Source: Burkholderiales bacterium
Lineage (GTDB): Bacteria > Pseudomonadota > Gammaproteobacteria > Burkholderiales > JAHFRG01
Assembly (NCBI GenBank): GCA_035543335.1
Contig: DASZZH010000028.1
Location: 16,392 to 80,391 of the forward strand
DNA length: 64,000 nt
Reading direction: 5' to 3'
The notes beneath the pieces are model-generated. The model was given only the letters and a program-made list of their open reading frames with translations, was not told the DNA's origin and searched no databases. A program made the translations under genes and the position numbers. This document shows, one piece after another, positions 52,949 through 62,882 of the stretch (positions within the stretch are counted from its first letter, which is position 1; the number at the start of each line of letters is the position of its first letter).

Positions 52949-55135
52949 CTATGACTTTAGCACAGATTGGTTCGCGCTAGAATGGGTCATGCCATTATGC
53001 CTCAGCAGGGCGTCGATTTTCGGCGCCCGGCCACGGAACGCGACGAAGGATTCCAGCGCGGGACGACTGCCGCCCACGCTCAGGATTTCCTGCCAAAAAC
53101 GCCGGCCGATGTTCTGGTTAACCACCCCGTTTTCCTCAAACAGGCTGTACGCATCGGCGGAAAGCACCTCCGCCCACTTGTAGCTGTAATAACCCGCGGC
53201 ATAACCGCCGGCGAAGATATGCGAGAAATTGTTGGGGAGGCGGTTGTAGTGCGGTGGGAACACCACCGCAATTTCACGGCGGATTTCGTCCAGCAATTGC
53301 AACGGCGTTTTGCCGCCGTGGGGATCGAAATCATAATGCAGATGCATGTCGAACAGCGCCAGCTCGAGCTGGCGCACGGTCTGCATGCCGCTCTGGAAAT
53401 TCTTGGCGGCGAGCATTTTCTCGTATAGTGCGCGCGGCAGCGGTTCACCGCTGTCGACGTGACGCGTCAGATACTTGAGCACGTCCCACTCCCAGCAGAA
53501 ATTCTCCATGAACTGGCTGGGAAGCTCCACCGCGTCCCATTCCACGCCGTTGATGCCCGAAACGCCCAGCTCTTCCACCGAAGTCAGCAGGTGATGCAGG
53601 CCGTGGCCGAATTCGTGAAACAGCGTAATCACTTCGTCGTGAGTGAACAGCGCGGGCCTGCCGCCCACCGGCGCGGAGAAATTGCAGTTGAGATAGGCCA
53701 CGGGAATTTGGATCGCCCCGTCCTTGCGCCGCCGCGCAATCGCTTCATCCATCCAGGCGCCGCCGCGCTTCGATGGCCGCGAATAAAGGTCAACGTAAAA
53801 CTGCCCAATCGGCCTGCCGCCAAAATCGAAGATGTTGTAGAAACGCACATCCGGATGCCATACCGGCGTTTCGGTTTTCTCGATGCGAATGCCGTAAAGC
53901 CTTTCCACCAGCTGAAACAGGCCCTGCAACACCTGGAGCTCGGGAAAATACTGTTTCACCTCCTGATCGGAGAACGAATAACGTTTGGCGCGCAGCTTTT
54001 CTGAGGCGTACGCGATGTCCCATGCCTCAAGTATTTCGAGCTTGGGTTCGACGCGTGCGAATTGCTTGAGTTCAGTGAAATCAGGCTCGGCATAGGGTCG
54101 GGCTTCTTTCCCGAGTTCGCGCAGGAAATCCAGCACCTCGCGCGGGCTGCGCGCCATTTTGCGCGCCAGAGAAACTTCTGCGTAATTGGCATAGCCCAAA
54201 AGCCGCGCTTTTTCCTGCCGCAGTTTCAGGATTTGCGTAATCAGCGGAGTGTTGTCCCATTGCGCGCCGGACTCGGCGCCTTCGGAGAAGGCCGGGGCGG
54301 GGAGGCGCGCCTGGTCCGCGTGGGAACTCTCTTGATTCAGCGCTGGTGCGCTCGCTCCCGCACCCGCTGTTTCACAGCACCGTGTCGCGGGCGCTTTGCT
54401 AAACTCCGAAGCGCGCGTGACGTAAGCCCGGTACAGCCGCTCCCGCAAGGCCCGGTTGTCCGCATATTGCATCACCGGGATCCAGGAAGGCGCGTGCAGG
54501 GTGAGCTTCCAGCCCGGCTTGCTATCCTGGGCGTCGGCTTCCTTTGCGGCATCCAGCATGTCTTCGGGCAGGCCCGCCAGCTCTTCGCGATTTGTCACGT
54601 AAAGCGCGAAATCGTTGGTGGCATCGAGCAGGTTTTCCTCGAATCTGGAGTACAGGCGCGCCAGTTCTTCCTGGATTTGCATGAAGCGCGCTTTTTTCTC
54701 CGCGGGCAGTTCGGCGCCGCCCAGGCGGAAATCCCTAAGTTCGTTTTCCACCACTTTTTGCTGCACACGGCTTAATTGGGGGAAACCATTTGAGGTTTTG
54801 AGCGCCTGGTATTTCTCAAACAGCCCTTGATGCTGCGCAAGCTCGCTGTGGTATTGGGTGATTTTGGGGAGATTTGCGTTGTAAGCTTCGCGCAGCTCCG
54901 GGCTGTTCATCACCGAGTTGAGGTGAGCGACGGGTCCCCAGGCGCGCGACAAGCGCTCGTTGGCGTCCTCCAGGGGCTCGACAAAATTATTCCAACTTGG
55001 CCCCGCCGGATCGGCAACCAGCTTTTCCACCAGCACACGATTTTCCGCCAGCAAGGCATCGACCGCTGGTGCGATCTGCTGCGGCTCGATCTGGGAAAAG
55101 CGCGGCAAGCCCGAAAAATCAAGCAAAGGATTCAT
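52949..55135 (-). CDS. prlC: Oligopeptidase A (M3 metallopeptidase) with ~40-aa low-complexity insertion
   Basis: 728 aa; zinc motif HEFGHGLHH; see the finding on the insertion at 54262-54385. Confidence 0.92.
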   Translation of the reverse strand: MNPLLDFSGLPRFSQIEPQQIAPAVDALLAENRVLVEKLVADPAGPSWNNFVEPLEDANERLSRAWGPVAHLNSVMNSPELREAYNANLPKITQYHSELAQHQGLFEKYQALKTSNGFPQLSRVQQKVVENELRDFRLGGAELPAEKKARFMQIQEELARLYSRFEENLLDATNDFALYVTNREELAGLPEDMLDAAKEADAQDSKPGWKLTLHAPSWIPVMQYADNRALRERLYRAYVTRASEFSKAPATRCCETAGAGASAPALNQESSHADQARLPAPAFSEGAESGAQWDNTPLITQILKLRQEKARLLGYANYAEVSLARKMARSPREVLDFLRELGKEARPYAEPDFTELKQFARVEPKLEILEAWDIAYASEKLRAKRYSFSDQEVKQYFPELQVLQGLFQLVERLYGIRIEKTETPVWHPDVRFYNIFDFGGRPIGQFYVDLYSRPSKRGGAWMDEAIARRRKDGAIQIPVAYLNCNFSAPVGGRPALFTHDEVITLFHEFGHGLHHLLTSVEELGVSGINGVEWDAVELPSQFMENFCWEWDVLKYLTRHVDSGEPLPRALYEKMLAAKNFQSGMQTVRQLELALFDMHLHYDFDPHGGKTPLQLLDEIRREIAVVFPPHYNRLPNNFSHIFAGGYAAGYYSYKWAEVLSADAYSLFEENGVVNQNIGRRFWQEILSVGGSRPALESFVAFRGRAPKIDALLRHNGMTHSSANQSVLKS

Positions 55136-55199
55136 GGGGTTAAATCCGGGAGCGGGGTCTAGGGACGATGCTTATTTTACACCCGCTGAGAAGCGTAGG

Positions 55200-56474
55200 C
55201 TAAGCCTCGTAAACGATGTGGCCTTCGACCAGCGTGAAGCGCACCTTTCCGGGAAGCTCATAGCCGAGGAAAGGTGTGTTTTTTCCTTGACTCTTCAATG
55301 TATTAGCTTCAATCTTGCCATTGTGATGCGGGTCGAAAATGCACACGTCGGCGGCATGGCCTGGACTTAAATGCCCGGCGTCGATGCCGAGAATCTTCGC
55401 CGGCACGTGGGTGATTTTGAAAAGCGCCTGGGACAGCGGTACCTGAGTTTCGTTGGCCCATTTCAAGGTGAGCGGCAATAGGAGTTCCAGTCCGGTCGCG
55501 CCGCTTTCCGCTTCGGCAAACGGCAGGAGCTTGGCGTCGTCGTCCACCGGCGTGTGATCCGAACACAGCGCATCGACCACGCCGTTTTTGAGCCCGCTAC
55601 GCAACGCGTCGCGGTCGCGCAAGGATCGCAGCGGCGGGATCAGATTGCAGTTGGAATCGAAAAAGCCTAGATCCATTTCACTCAAGTGCGCGTGCACGGC
55701 GGCAATATCGCAGGTAATCGGCAGACCCTGCGCTTTGGCCTGCCGCACCATTTCCACGCTTTCTGCAGTGGAGAGCCGGCACAAATGGATTTTTGCCCCG
55801 GTTTGCCGCGCCAGCAGCAGGATAGTAGCAAGCGCGATGGTCTCGGCGCAACTCGGAATCGCGGGAAGCCCCAGCCGTGTGGCCACTTCGCCGTCATGTG
55901 CGACACCGCCGCGCGCAAGATATGCGTCTTGCGGGCGCAGCCACACAGTGTAGCCGAAAGTCGCCGCATATTGCATCGCGCGCATCAGCACGTCGGTATC
56001 GTTGAGCGGCGCATTCGCTTGCGAGAATGCCACGCAGCCGGCGTCGTGCAGTTCGGCCATTTCGGTGATGCGCTCGCCATTTAACCCTTGAGTCAGTGCG
56101 CCAAGGGGATAGACGCGCGCCTGATTCAGGCTCTTGGCGCGGTGCTTGAGCATTTCCACTAGCCCCGGTTCATCCAGCGGCGGATCGGTATCCGGCGGGC
56201 AGGCCAGGCTGGTTACGCCGCCCGCGACCGCCGCCTGCATTTCCGATTCCAGCGTCGCCTTGTATTCGAAACCCGGCTCGCGCAGGCGCGCCGAAAGATC
56301 GATGAGTCCCGGGCAGACAATCAGGTTGGTGGCGTCGATGACGCGGTTGGCATGATAACTCTCGGGCGTGCGCCCTATCGTCTGCACCTTGCCGGCGGCG
56401 ATAAACAAATCCTGAATGGCATCCACGCCGTTTTTGGGGTCGATCACGCGGCCGTTTTTAATGTGAATCTTCAT
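55200..56474 (-). CDS. Dihydroorotase-like protein (PyrC'-type, probably non-catalytic ATCase partner)
   Basis: 424 aa. The first metal-binding motif reads GLIDLSARLREPG instead of D-x-H-x-H. Lies immediately downstream of pyrB, as in the Pseudomonas pyrB-pyrC' arrangement. Confidence 0.8.
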   Translation of the reverse strand: MKIHIKNGRVIDPKNGVDAIQDLFIAAGKVQTIGRTPESYHANRVIDATNLIVCPGLIDLSARLREPGFEYKATLESEMQAAVAGGVTSLACPPDTDPPLDEPGLVEMLKHRAKSLNQARVYPLGALTQGLNGERITEMAELHDAGCVAFSQANAPLNDTDVLMRAMQYAATFGYTVWLRPQDAYLARGGVAHDGEVATRLGLPAIPSCAETIALATILLLARQTGAKIHLCRLSTAESVEMVRQAKAQGLPITCDIAAVHAHLSEMDLGFFDSNCNLIPPLRSLRDRDALRSGLKNGVVDALCSDHTPVDDDAKLLPFAEAESGATGLELLLPLTLKWANETQVPLSQALFKITHVPAKILGIDAGHLSPGHAADVCIFDPHHNGKIEANTLKSQGKNTPFLGYELPGKVRFTLVEGHIVYEA

Positions 56475-56574
56475 GTTTTTAAATTCTTCAACTGCAGAGA
56501 CGCGCAGACGCCGAGAAAACCCGCTGAAGTTTCAACTGCTGTTTCTGCATTTCTCTGCGTCTCCGCGGTAAACA

Positions 56575-57525
56575 TCAACTCCCCGCCAGCATGCTCATCA
56601 CTGCCATGCGCACTGCGATGCCGAAGGTGACTTGCGGCAGAATCACCGAATGGGGTCCGTCGGCCACGCTGGAATCGATTTCCACGCCGCGGTTCATCGG
56701 GCCCGGATGCATGACGATGGCATCGGGTCTGGCTAGCGCCAGTTTGTCCGAGGTCAAGCCATAGTACTTGAAGAATTCCTGCGCGCTCGGCAGAAGCGGG
56801 CCTTGCATGCGCTCGTTCTGCAGCCTGAGAATCATCACCACGTCCACGTCCTTCAAGCCCTGCCGCATGTCATGGTGTACCTGCACCCCGAGTTTTTCCA
56901 CGCCCGCGGGCAACAGGGTTTTCGGCGCGATGACGCGCACTTCGGGTACGCCGAGGGTGGTGAGGGCGTGGATTAGCGAGCGCGCCACCCGCGAGTGCAG
57001 GATGTCGCCGACAACCGCCACCCGCAGGTTGGTGAAATTGCGCTTGTAATGGCGGATGGTAAACATGTCCAGGAGCGCCTGCGTCGGGTGGGCGTGGCGG
57101 CCGTCGCCGGCGTTGATCACGTGCACGTTCGGCGCGACATGGCGGGCGATCAGATGCGCCGCTCCGCTTTGCGCATGGCGCACGATAAACATGTCGGCGT
57201 GCATCGCCTCCAGATTGTCTATGGTGTCGAGCAGGGTTTCGCCCTTGCTCTGCGAGGAGGTGCTGATGTTGAGGTTGATGACGTCGGCGGAGAGCCGCTT
57301 CGCCGCGATTTCAAAAGTCGTGCGGGTGCGGGTGCTGGCTTCGAAGAAGAGATTGAATATTGCCTTGCCGCGCAGCAGCGGGACTTTCTTGACTTCGCGC
57401 TCGGTGACGCCGATGAAGGATTGCGCGGTGTCGAGAATGCGGGTTAGAAGTGTTGCCGGCAGCCCTTCGATCGTGAGTAAGTGCTGGAGTTCGCCGTTTT
57501 GGTTGAGCTGCGGATTGCTGTGCAT
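56575..57525 (-). CDS. pyrB: Aspartate carbamoyltransferase catalytic subunit
   Basis: 316 aa; [13 protein letters not shown], ...[11 protein letters not shown]. Confidence 0.95.
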   Translation of the reverse strand: MHSNPQLNQNGELQHLLTIEGLPATLLTRILDTAQSFIGVTEREVKKVPLLRGKAIFNLFFEASTRTRTTFEIAAKRLSADVINLNISTSSQSKGETLLDTIDNLEAMHADMFIVRHAQSGAAHLIARHVAPNVHVINAGDGRHAHPTQALLDMFTIRHYKRNFTNLRVAVVGDILHSRVARSLIHALTTLGVPEVRVIAPKTLLPAGVEKLGVQVHHDMRQGLKDVDVVMILRLQNERMQGPLLPSAQEFFKYYGLTSDKLALARPDAIVMHPGPMNRGVEIDSSVADGPHSVILPQVTFGIAVRMAVMSMLAGS

Positions 57526-57580
57526 GTTACGTGCAGGTGGGATTATAGCACCATTGGCGAAAGCCTGCCCACCCGTGGAG

Positions 57581-58075
57581 CTAGGTCTGGTTCAGGCATA
57601 GGCTCAAACGCCCGTTCTTGTCCTTTTTGAGTTCGATGTTCTGGCTGTCGGCAAGCTCCAGGCTTGCGCCGCTGTAGCGCGCGAATACCGGCAACTCGCG
57701 CCCGCCGCGGTCCACCAGCACCGCCAGGTCAATGCTCGCCGGCCGGCCGTAATCGAAAAGCTCGTTCATCGCCGCGCGCGCCGTGCGGCCGGTGTAGAGC
57801 ACGTCGTCGACAAGAATGATGCTGCGTCCTTCGACATCGAAGGGTATGTGCGAAGGCTTGACCTGCGGGTGCAGGCCAATGCGCGCAAAATCGTCGCGGT
57901 AGAACGAAATGTCGAGAAACCCAAGCGGAGTGGCGATTTTGAGCTGCTCGTGCAGCCGCTGCGCGATCCAGGCGCCGCCACTGTGGATGCCGATGAGCGC
58001 CGTCTCCGCCTGCAGCCGCGGGCGGATTTGCGCCGCGAGCTGGTTGAGCAATTGTTCGGCATCAGGCAAGTTCAT
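57581..58075 (-). CDS. pyrR: PyrR (pyrimidine operon regulator / uracil phosphoribosyltransferase)
   Basis: 164 aa; PRPP-binding [17 protein letters not shown]. Confidence 0.88.
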   Translation of the reverse strand: MNLPDAEQLLNQLAAQIRPRLQAETALIGIHSGGAWIAQRLHEQLKIATPLGFLDISFYRDDFARIGLHPQVKPSHIPFDVEGRSIILVDDVLYTGRTARAAMNELFDYGRPASIDLAVLVDRGGRELPVFARYSGASLELADSQNIELKKDKNGRLSLCLNQT

Positions 58076-58550
58076 CGAAATAGCCCTGTAAAATCTGTTG
58101 TGCGGCCAGCTGGTCGATGCGGGTTTTGGTTTGCGCCGCGCCGCTTTCCCTGAGCGAAAGTTCGGCGGCGTGGGAGCTCAAGCGTTCATCAACCAAAGCG
58201 GTGCGCAGCCTGAACCGTTGTTCCAGCTGCCGCGCGAACTTGCGGCAGCGCTTGCTCATTTCGTGCTCGGCGCCGTTCATATGCGACGGCAGGCCGACTA
58301 CTAGAAGCGCAGGCCGCCATTCTTCGATCAGGTCCGTAATCGCATCCAGGCGTTTGGCAGCCTGCGTTGCTTCGATGGCGGTGAGCGGATGGGCAATGCG
58401 CACACTCAAATCGCCCACTGCGACGCCGATGCGTTTCTCGCCATAATCGAAAGCCAAAACCGTTCCGGTTTTGGAGTGAGGGGTAAGGGGTGAGGGGTAA
58501 GGGGTAGATTTTGTTTTTACCACGCTGTTGTTTTGCTCCTCGCTCTCCAC
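58062..58550 (-). CDS. ruvX: Holliday-junction-resolvase-like YqgF/RuvX; start uncertain
   Basis: ...GTVLAFDYGEKRIGVAVGD... The N-terminal ~30 codons of the track ORF (GTG 58550) include heptamer-repeat sequence (TPYPSPLTPHS). Confidence 0.8.
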   Translation of the reverse strand: MESEEQNNSVVKTKSTPYPSPLTPHSKTGTVLAFDYGEKRIGVAVGDLSVRIAHPLTAIEATQAAKRLDAITDLIEEWRPALLVVGLPSHMNGAEHEMSKRCRKFARQLEQRFRLRTALVDERLSSHAAELSLRESGAAQTKTRIDQLAAQQILQGYFDELA

Positions 58551-58586
58551 ATTTTCACCTCAACTCTCAACTCATAACTTTTAACT
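58476..58586. repeat. Two adjacent heptamer arrays: (GTRAGGG)x4 at 58476-58506 and (YTYAACT)x4 at 58558-58586
   Basis: gtgaggggtaaggggtgaggggtaaggggta and ctcaactctcaactcataacttttaact, read directly. Confidence 0.75.
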
Positions 58587-58590
58587 GATC

Positions 58591-59151
58591 TCAGGCGTGC
58601 CCCGCATCTTCCGACAAATTAGCGAAATTAACGCCCAGCAATTCCATCGCCGCGGCCAGGCGTTCTTCGGCGGCAAGGTTGAACATCAGATCAGGATTCG
58701 CCGGCACCGAAAGCCAGGCGTTTTGCGTAAGCTCATGCTCGAGCTGCCCCGGCGCCCATCCGGCATAACCCAGGGTCACTAGAATATGTTGCGGGCCTTC
58801 ACCACGCGCTACCGCCTGCAGAATATCCTTGGAAGTGGTGAGGCCAATTTCCGAATTGACGGCGAGTGTGGATTGCCAGGCGCCGAGCGGCCGGTGCAAT
58901 ACAAAGCCGCGGTCAATCTGCACCGGTCCGCCGAAATGCACGGGTATGCCTTTCAGGCGCGGTTCGCCCAGCGGGATGCTGATTTGGTCAAGCAGCGCCT
59001 GCAGCGTCATGTCAATCGGACGGTTGACCACCACGCCGAGCGCGCCCTGTTCGTTGTGCTCGCAAATAAAAGTCAGGCTTTTGGAAAAATAGGGATCCGC
59101 CATGTTGGGCATGGCGATCAGGAAATGATTGGTCAGGTTGACGGACGACAT
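58591..59151 (-). CDS. yqgE: YqgE/AlgH family (UPF0301) protein
   Basis: 186 aa; [40 protein letters not shown]. Confidence 0.85.
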   Translation of the reverse strand: MSSVNLTNHFLIAMPNMADPYFSKSLTFICEHNEQGALGVVVNRPIDMTLQALLDQISIPLGEPRLKGIPVHFGGPVQIDRGFVLHRPLGAWQSTLAVNSEIGLTTSKDILQAVARGEGPQHILVTLGYAGWAPGQLEHELTQNAWLSVPANPDLMFNLAAEERLAAAMELLGVNFANLSEDAGHA

Positions 59152-59291
59152 GGACCTATTTTAACCTCCCCGTTCTGCCTTCACAATGAAGTTCCGCGGT
59201 TGCCGCATACTGGTTTCGATGGGCAAAACAGGGAAATGTTCTTCGAGACGCGATACGATGTAAAATTCGGGGACCCCCTTGAGGAGGAAAC

Positions 59292-59615
59292 ATGGCTCAC
59301 ACCTTTGAAGAACTGAAGGGCAAAACTGTCGCCGAACTTCGCCAGATTACTTCCGGGATCGAACACGAGGCGGTGCAAGGCTACACGCAGCTTAATAAAG
59401 ACCATTTGCTGGCCGCCTTGTGCAAGGCGCTCAACATTGACATGCATGCGCATCATCAGGTGGTGGGTGTGGACAAGACCGCCATCAAGGCGCAGATCAA
59501 AGCGCTCAAGCAAAAGCGCGATGAAGCCATGGTCGCGCATGATCATTCCAGGCTCAAACTAATCCGGCGCACCATTCACCACTTCAAGCGGCAGCTGCAC
59601 AAAGCCACGGTATAG
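59292..59615 (+). CDS. Small protein with Rho-N/SAP-like N-terminal helix-extended-helix
   Basis: 107 aa; FEELKGKTVAELRQI resembles the Rho_N motif; function unknown. Confidence 0.45.
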   Translation: MAHTFEELKGKTVAELRQITSGIEHEAVQGYTQLNKDHLLAALCKALNIDMHAHHQVVGVDKTAIKAQIKALKQKRDEAMVAHDHSRLKLIRRTIHHFKRQLHKATV

Positions 59616-59715
59616 GCAGCTGGTTTGGGCTCCGTCCATACGTTCCATGCCGGACTATGCTGCCACGCTGCGCGCAAAACCGCGCTGGAAATGTACGGCG
59701 AAGAGGCCGGACTAA

Positions 59716-60021
59716 GTGCCGTTTCCCTGGAGCCCGAGCATTCCAATAGTCAAGGAATATCAAAAAGTCGTGTCCCGGTTCGCTCCGCAAAGCCCGTATT
59801 CATTCTCCACCCTGGAAGGTTATATTGCCGCGAAAGTATTCGTTGAGGGCTTGAAGAAAACAGGGAAAGACCCGACCCGCGAGAAATTCATTGCGGCGCT
59901 GGAAAAGATTCAGGATTGGGATTTGGGCGGCTTTAGCGTGAACTTCAGCCCGGCCAACCACAGCGCCTCGAAGTTTGTGGACTTGACCATCATCGGCAAG
60001 GACGGCAAGTTCCTGCACTGA
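59716..60021 (+). pseudogene. C-terminal remnant of a LivK-type branched-chain amino-acid-binding protein gene
   Basis: ...VKEYQKVVSRFAPQSPYSFSTLEGYIAAKVFVEGLKKTGKDPTREKFIAALEKIQDWDLGGFSVNFSPANHSASKFVDLTIIGKDGKF. The N-terminal ~270 aa, including the signal peptide, are absent. Confidence 0.6.
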
Positions 60022-60050
60022 GGCATCAAACCTCAATACGATCCGACCCG

Positions 60051-60833
60051 TTACTGCCGCGCGCGCAGCCAGGCTTTCCAGGCTTCAAACAAAGCCGGGT
60101 TGCGTGCCGCGATTACCGAGCGATTCCACAAGTCGTCGGCCCAGAAATCGTCGGTCTTAAGCGAACACATCATGCCGCCCGCTTCTTCGAGAATCAGCGA
60201 GCCGGCGGCGTAGTCCCATAGTTTTTGCCCGCCGTGCAAATATACATCGAAGCGCCCGGCGGCGACGTAGCACCATTCCAGCGTGCTCGCGCCGTAATTG
60301 CGCTGCGAGGAGTAAGGCGGGCTGCCGGCAAGCGCCTGCCGCAATGAGGCTCCAATGCGCTTGAAATCGATGCTTGCCATGCATTGACGCAGTTCCCTGC
60401 TGGATTCGTTGATGGGGAGCTTCTCGCCATTCAAATAAGCGCCGCGGCCTTTTTCGGCGTAAAACATTTCGTCCGCCACCGGGTCGTAAATTACGCCGAG
60501 CACGCTTTTGCCTTTACGCATCAACGCTACCGACACCGCGAAATAAGGCAGGCCGTTGACGAAGTTGGAGGTGCCGTCAATCGGGTCCACGCACCACAGG
60601 CCAGCTTCACCCGCGAGCCACTGCTCGGCTTGCTGCTCGTGGCTCATTTCTTCTGCGAGGACAGGACTCGGATGAATCTCGCGTAGCCTTAGCGCGAGCG
60701 CTTCCTGCGCGGCGATGTCGGCTTCGGTGTAGAGGGTGCCGTCGGATTTGCGCTGCTGTGCGACCTTTAGGTAGCGCGGCATGATTTGCTGCTTCGCTAC
60801 TTCACGCACCGCGCTGATTACCGCATCAAGCAT
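60051..60833 (-). CDS. Inositol monophosphatase family protein
   Basis: Start at M81 of the track ORF (60833): MLDAVISAVRE...; WCVDPIDGTSNF motif; 8-nt overlap with the upstream gene. Confidence 0.85.
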   Translation of the reverse strand: MLDAVISAVREVAKQQIMPRYLKVAQQRKSDGTLYTEADIAAQEALALRLREIHPSPVLAEEMSHEQQAEQWLAGEAGLWCVDPIDGTSNFVNGLPYFAVSVALMRKGKSVLGVIYDPVADEMFYAEKGRGAYLNGEKLPINESSRELRQCMASIDFKRIGASLRQALAGSPPYSSQRNYGASTLEWCYVAAGRFDVYLHGGQKLWDYAAGSLILEEAGGMMCSLKTDDFWADDLWNRSVIAARNPALFEAWKAWLRARQ

Positions 60834-61383
60834 CGTGCTTCCATTTGATCGAGCAACCCATGCCGGGTATCTGTTCCAGCGGCCCCTGGCCGGTGCGCGC
60901 CACCTGCAGCATGGCCTCAAACAAATCGCGCCTCGCGTCGGGCGCGGCGTCCTTGCGCGAAGCGTCGAGCCGGCCGCGGTATTGCAACTCCAGTTTAGCG
61001 TTGAAGCCGTAAAAATCCGGCGTGCATACTGCGCCATAGGCTTTGACCACCTCCTGGGTTTCGTCGAGCACATAAGGGAACGGGAACTTGAATTCGCGCG
61101 CGACTTTGATCATGTTTTCAAATGAATCTTCAGGATAATCGGCGGTGTCGTTCGACATGATGGCGATGGCTTCGATGCCATGCTGCTTGAGCTCGGCGCA
61201 GTCGCGCACGATGCGGCTGCGCACCGCTTTCACATAGGGACAATGGTTGCAGATAAACATGACCAGGAGGCCCTTTTCGCCGCGCACATTCGATAACGTG
61301 TAACGCTTGCCGTCGACCCCGGGCAGGTCGAAATCCACCGCTTTCCAGCCGAAATCGCAAACCGGTGTTTGCAGGCTCACCAT
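60826..61383 (-). CDS. Thioredoxin-fold protein (AhpC/TSA-like, CxxC)
   Basis: 185 aa; GLLVMFICNHCPYV. Confidence 0.75.
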   Translation of the reverse strand: MVSLQTPVCDFGWKAVDFDLPGVDGKRYTLSNVRGEKGLLVMFICNHCPYVKAVRSRIVRDCAELKQHGIEAIAIMSNDTADYPEDSFENMIKVAREFKFPFPYVLDETQEVVKAYGAVCTPDFYGFNAKLELQYRGRLDASRKDAAPDARRDLFEAMLQVARTGQGPLEQIPGMGCSIKWKHDA

Positions 61384-61463
61384 GAGACTTCTCCTTCCTA
61401 ATCGTTGCTGCCTTTATATTATCATGCGCCTATCGCCCTTATTCTCTTAGTGGCTCTTAGCCT

Positions 61464-61943
61464 ATGACTGTTCCGCGCTTTTATTATTCCGGCGAACTGG
61501 ATCCCAGACGGGAAATTTTCCTCGATGAGGTGGCGGCATATCACGCCGCGAGGGTATTGCGCCTCAAGGAAGGCGATGCGATGGTGTTGTTCAATGGCAA
61601 GGGCGGGAAGTATCCGGCCAGGATTACCGGCATAGTCAAAACCAAAGTGACGGTGCTGACAGGCGAATGGCAAAATATCGAGCGCGAATCGCCGCTGCAA
61701 ATCATGCTGGCGCAAGCCATTTCTTCCGCCGACAAAATGGATTTAACCGTGCAGAAAGCGGTGGAATTGGGCGTGAGTGCCATTCATACGCTCGCCACTC
61801 AGCGCAGCGTGGTCAGGCTCTCCGGCGAGCGCGCCCGCGCCGCCGGTTTTGAATCGGTCGCGCTGGGACGGCGCATCCTGCGCACCGAAACCGCAGGAAT
61901 CGCCGCGCTAGCCGCGATGCAGACGCTGTGGGGGGACTTTTAA
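61464..61943 (+). CDS. rsmE: 16S rRNA m3U1498 methyltransferase RsmE homolog with in-frame internal deletion (probably non-functional)
   Basis: 159 aa versus ~240 expected. N-terminal PUA-like part and C-terminal ...LGRRILRTETAGIAALAAMQTLWGDF are present. The central region with the SAM-binding knot (…GPEGG…) is missing; the junction reads LSGERA|RAAGF at about 61821-61856. Confidence 0.7.
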   Translation: MTVPRFYYSGELDPRREIFLDEVAAYHAARVLRLKEGDAMVLFNGKGGKYPARITGIVKTKVTVLTGEWQNIERESPLQIMLAQAISSADKMDLTVQKAVELGVSAIHTLATQRSVVRLSGERARAAGFESVALGRRILRTETAGIAALAAMQTLWGDF

Positions 61944-61946
61944 CCC

Positions 61947-62882
61947 ATGTATGCGATCATCGTTCATGGAGGATCAGGAGACTGGAAGGCGGAACATAAA
62001 CACGCGGCGGTACAGGGTGTGAGGCGCGCGGTGAAAGCGGGAGCGAAATTGCTTGCGCAAGGCAAACCCGCGCTCGATGCGGTGACCGCCGCGGTGGTGT
62101 TGCTGGAGGACAACCCGGTGTTCAACGCCGGCACTGGTTCCGCGCTGAACTTGCACGGCGAAGCCCAGATGGACGCGAGTGTCATGATGAGCAAGGGACT
62201 GCGCGCAGGAGGCGTGGCTTGTCTATCCCGCGTCAAAAACCCGGTGCGGGTCGCGCGCAAGGTCATGGAGGAAACTGGACATATTCTGCTCGCCGGCGAA
62301 GGCGCGCTCAACTTTGCCCGCGCCATGGGTTTTGCCGATTACGATCCGGTGACGCGAGAGCGGCGGGCGGATTGGCAGAAGAAACGAAAGGCGCTGTCTG
62401 CGGTAAAAAGCCAAAGCCGCCTGCGGGATTTGTTAAAGCGCCATCCAGAGCTTGCGGGCGGGACGGTGGGTGCGGTAGCGTTGGATAAACGCGGTGATTT
62501 GGCTGCGGCGACTTCTTCCGGCGGATTGACGCTGAAGCTCCCGGGGCGGGTCGGCGATACGCCTATTTTGGGAGCGGGAAATTACGCCATGCCCATGGGC
62601 GCGGCATCCGCCACCGGTTTGGGCGAAGTGGCGATGCGTTACCTCGTGACCAAATCGGTGTGCGATCTGCTGGCGCAGGGCAGAAATGCGCAGCAGGCCG
62701 TGGATGAAGTGCTGTCGCTCCTGGCGGCGGAACCGCGCGCGGATATGGGCATCATCACCATAGACAAGCGGGGCAACATCGGCGTTGGACACCGCAGCCG
62801 GGCCATGCCGCACGCTTACTGCGTTTCAGGAAAAAGCAGAGTCATTGCGAGTATTAAGGTACTCTGTCAGCCGGGTTGTTAG
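61947..62882 (+). CDS. Isoaspartyl peptidase / L-asparaginase (Ntn hydrolase)
   Basis: 311 aa; autoprocessing site GTVGAVALD, ...GAGNYA.... Confidence 0.85.
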   Translation: MYAIIVHGGSGDWKAEHKHAAVQGVRRAVKAGAKLLAQGKPALDAVTAAVVLLEDNPVFNAGTGSALNLHGEAQMDASVMMSKGLRAGGVACLSRVKNPVRVARKVMEETGHILLAGEGALNFARAMGFADYDPVTRERRADWQKKRKALSAVKSQSRLRDLLKRHPELAGGTVGAVALDKRGDLAAATSSGGLTLKLPGRVGDTPILGAGNYAMPMGAASATGLGEVAMRYLVTKSVCDLLAQGRNAQQAVDEVLSLLAAEPRADMGIITIDKRGNIGVGHRSRAMPHAYCVSGKSRVIASIKVLCQPGC

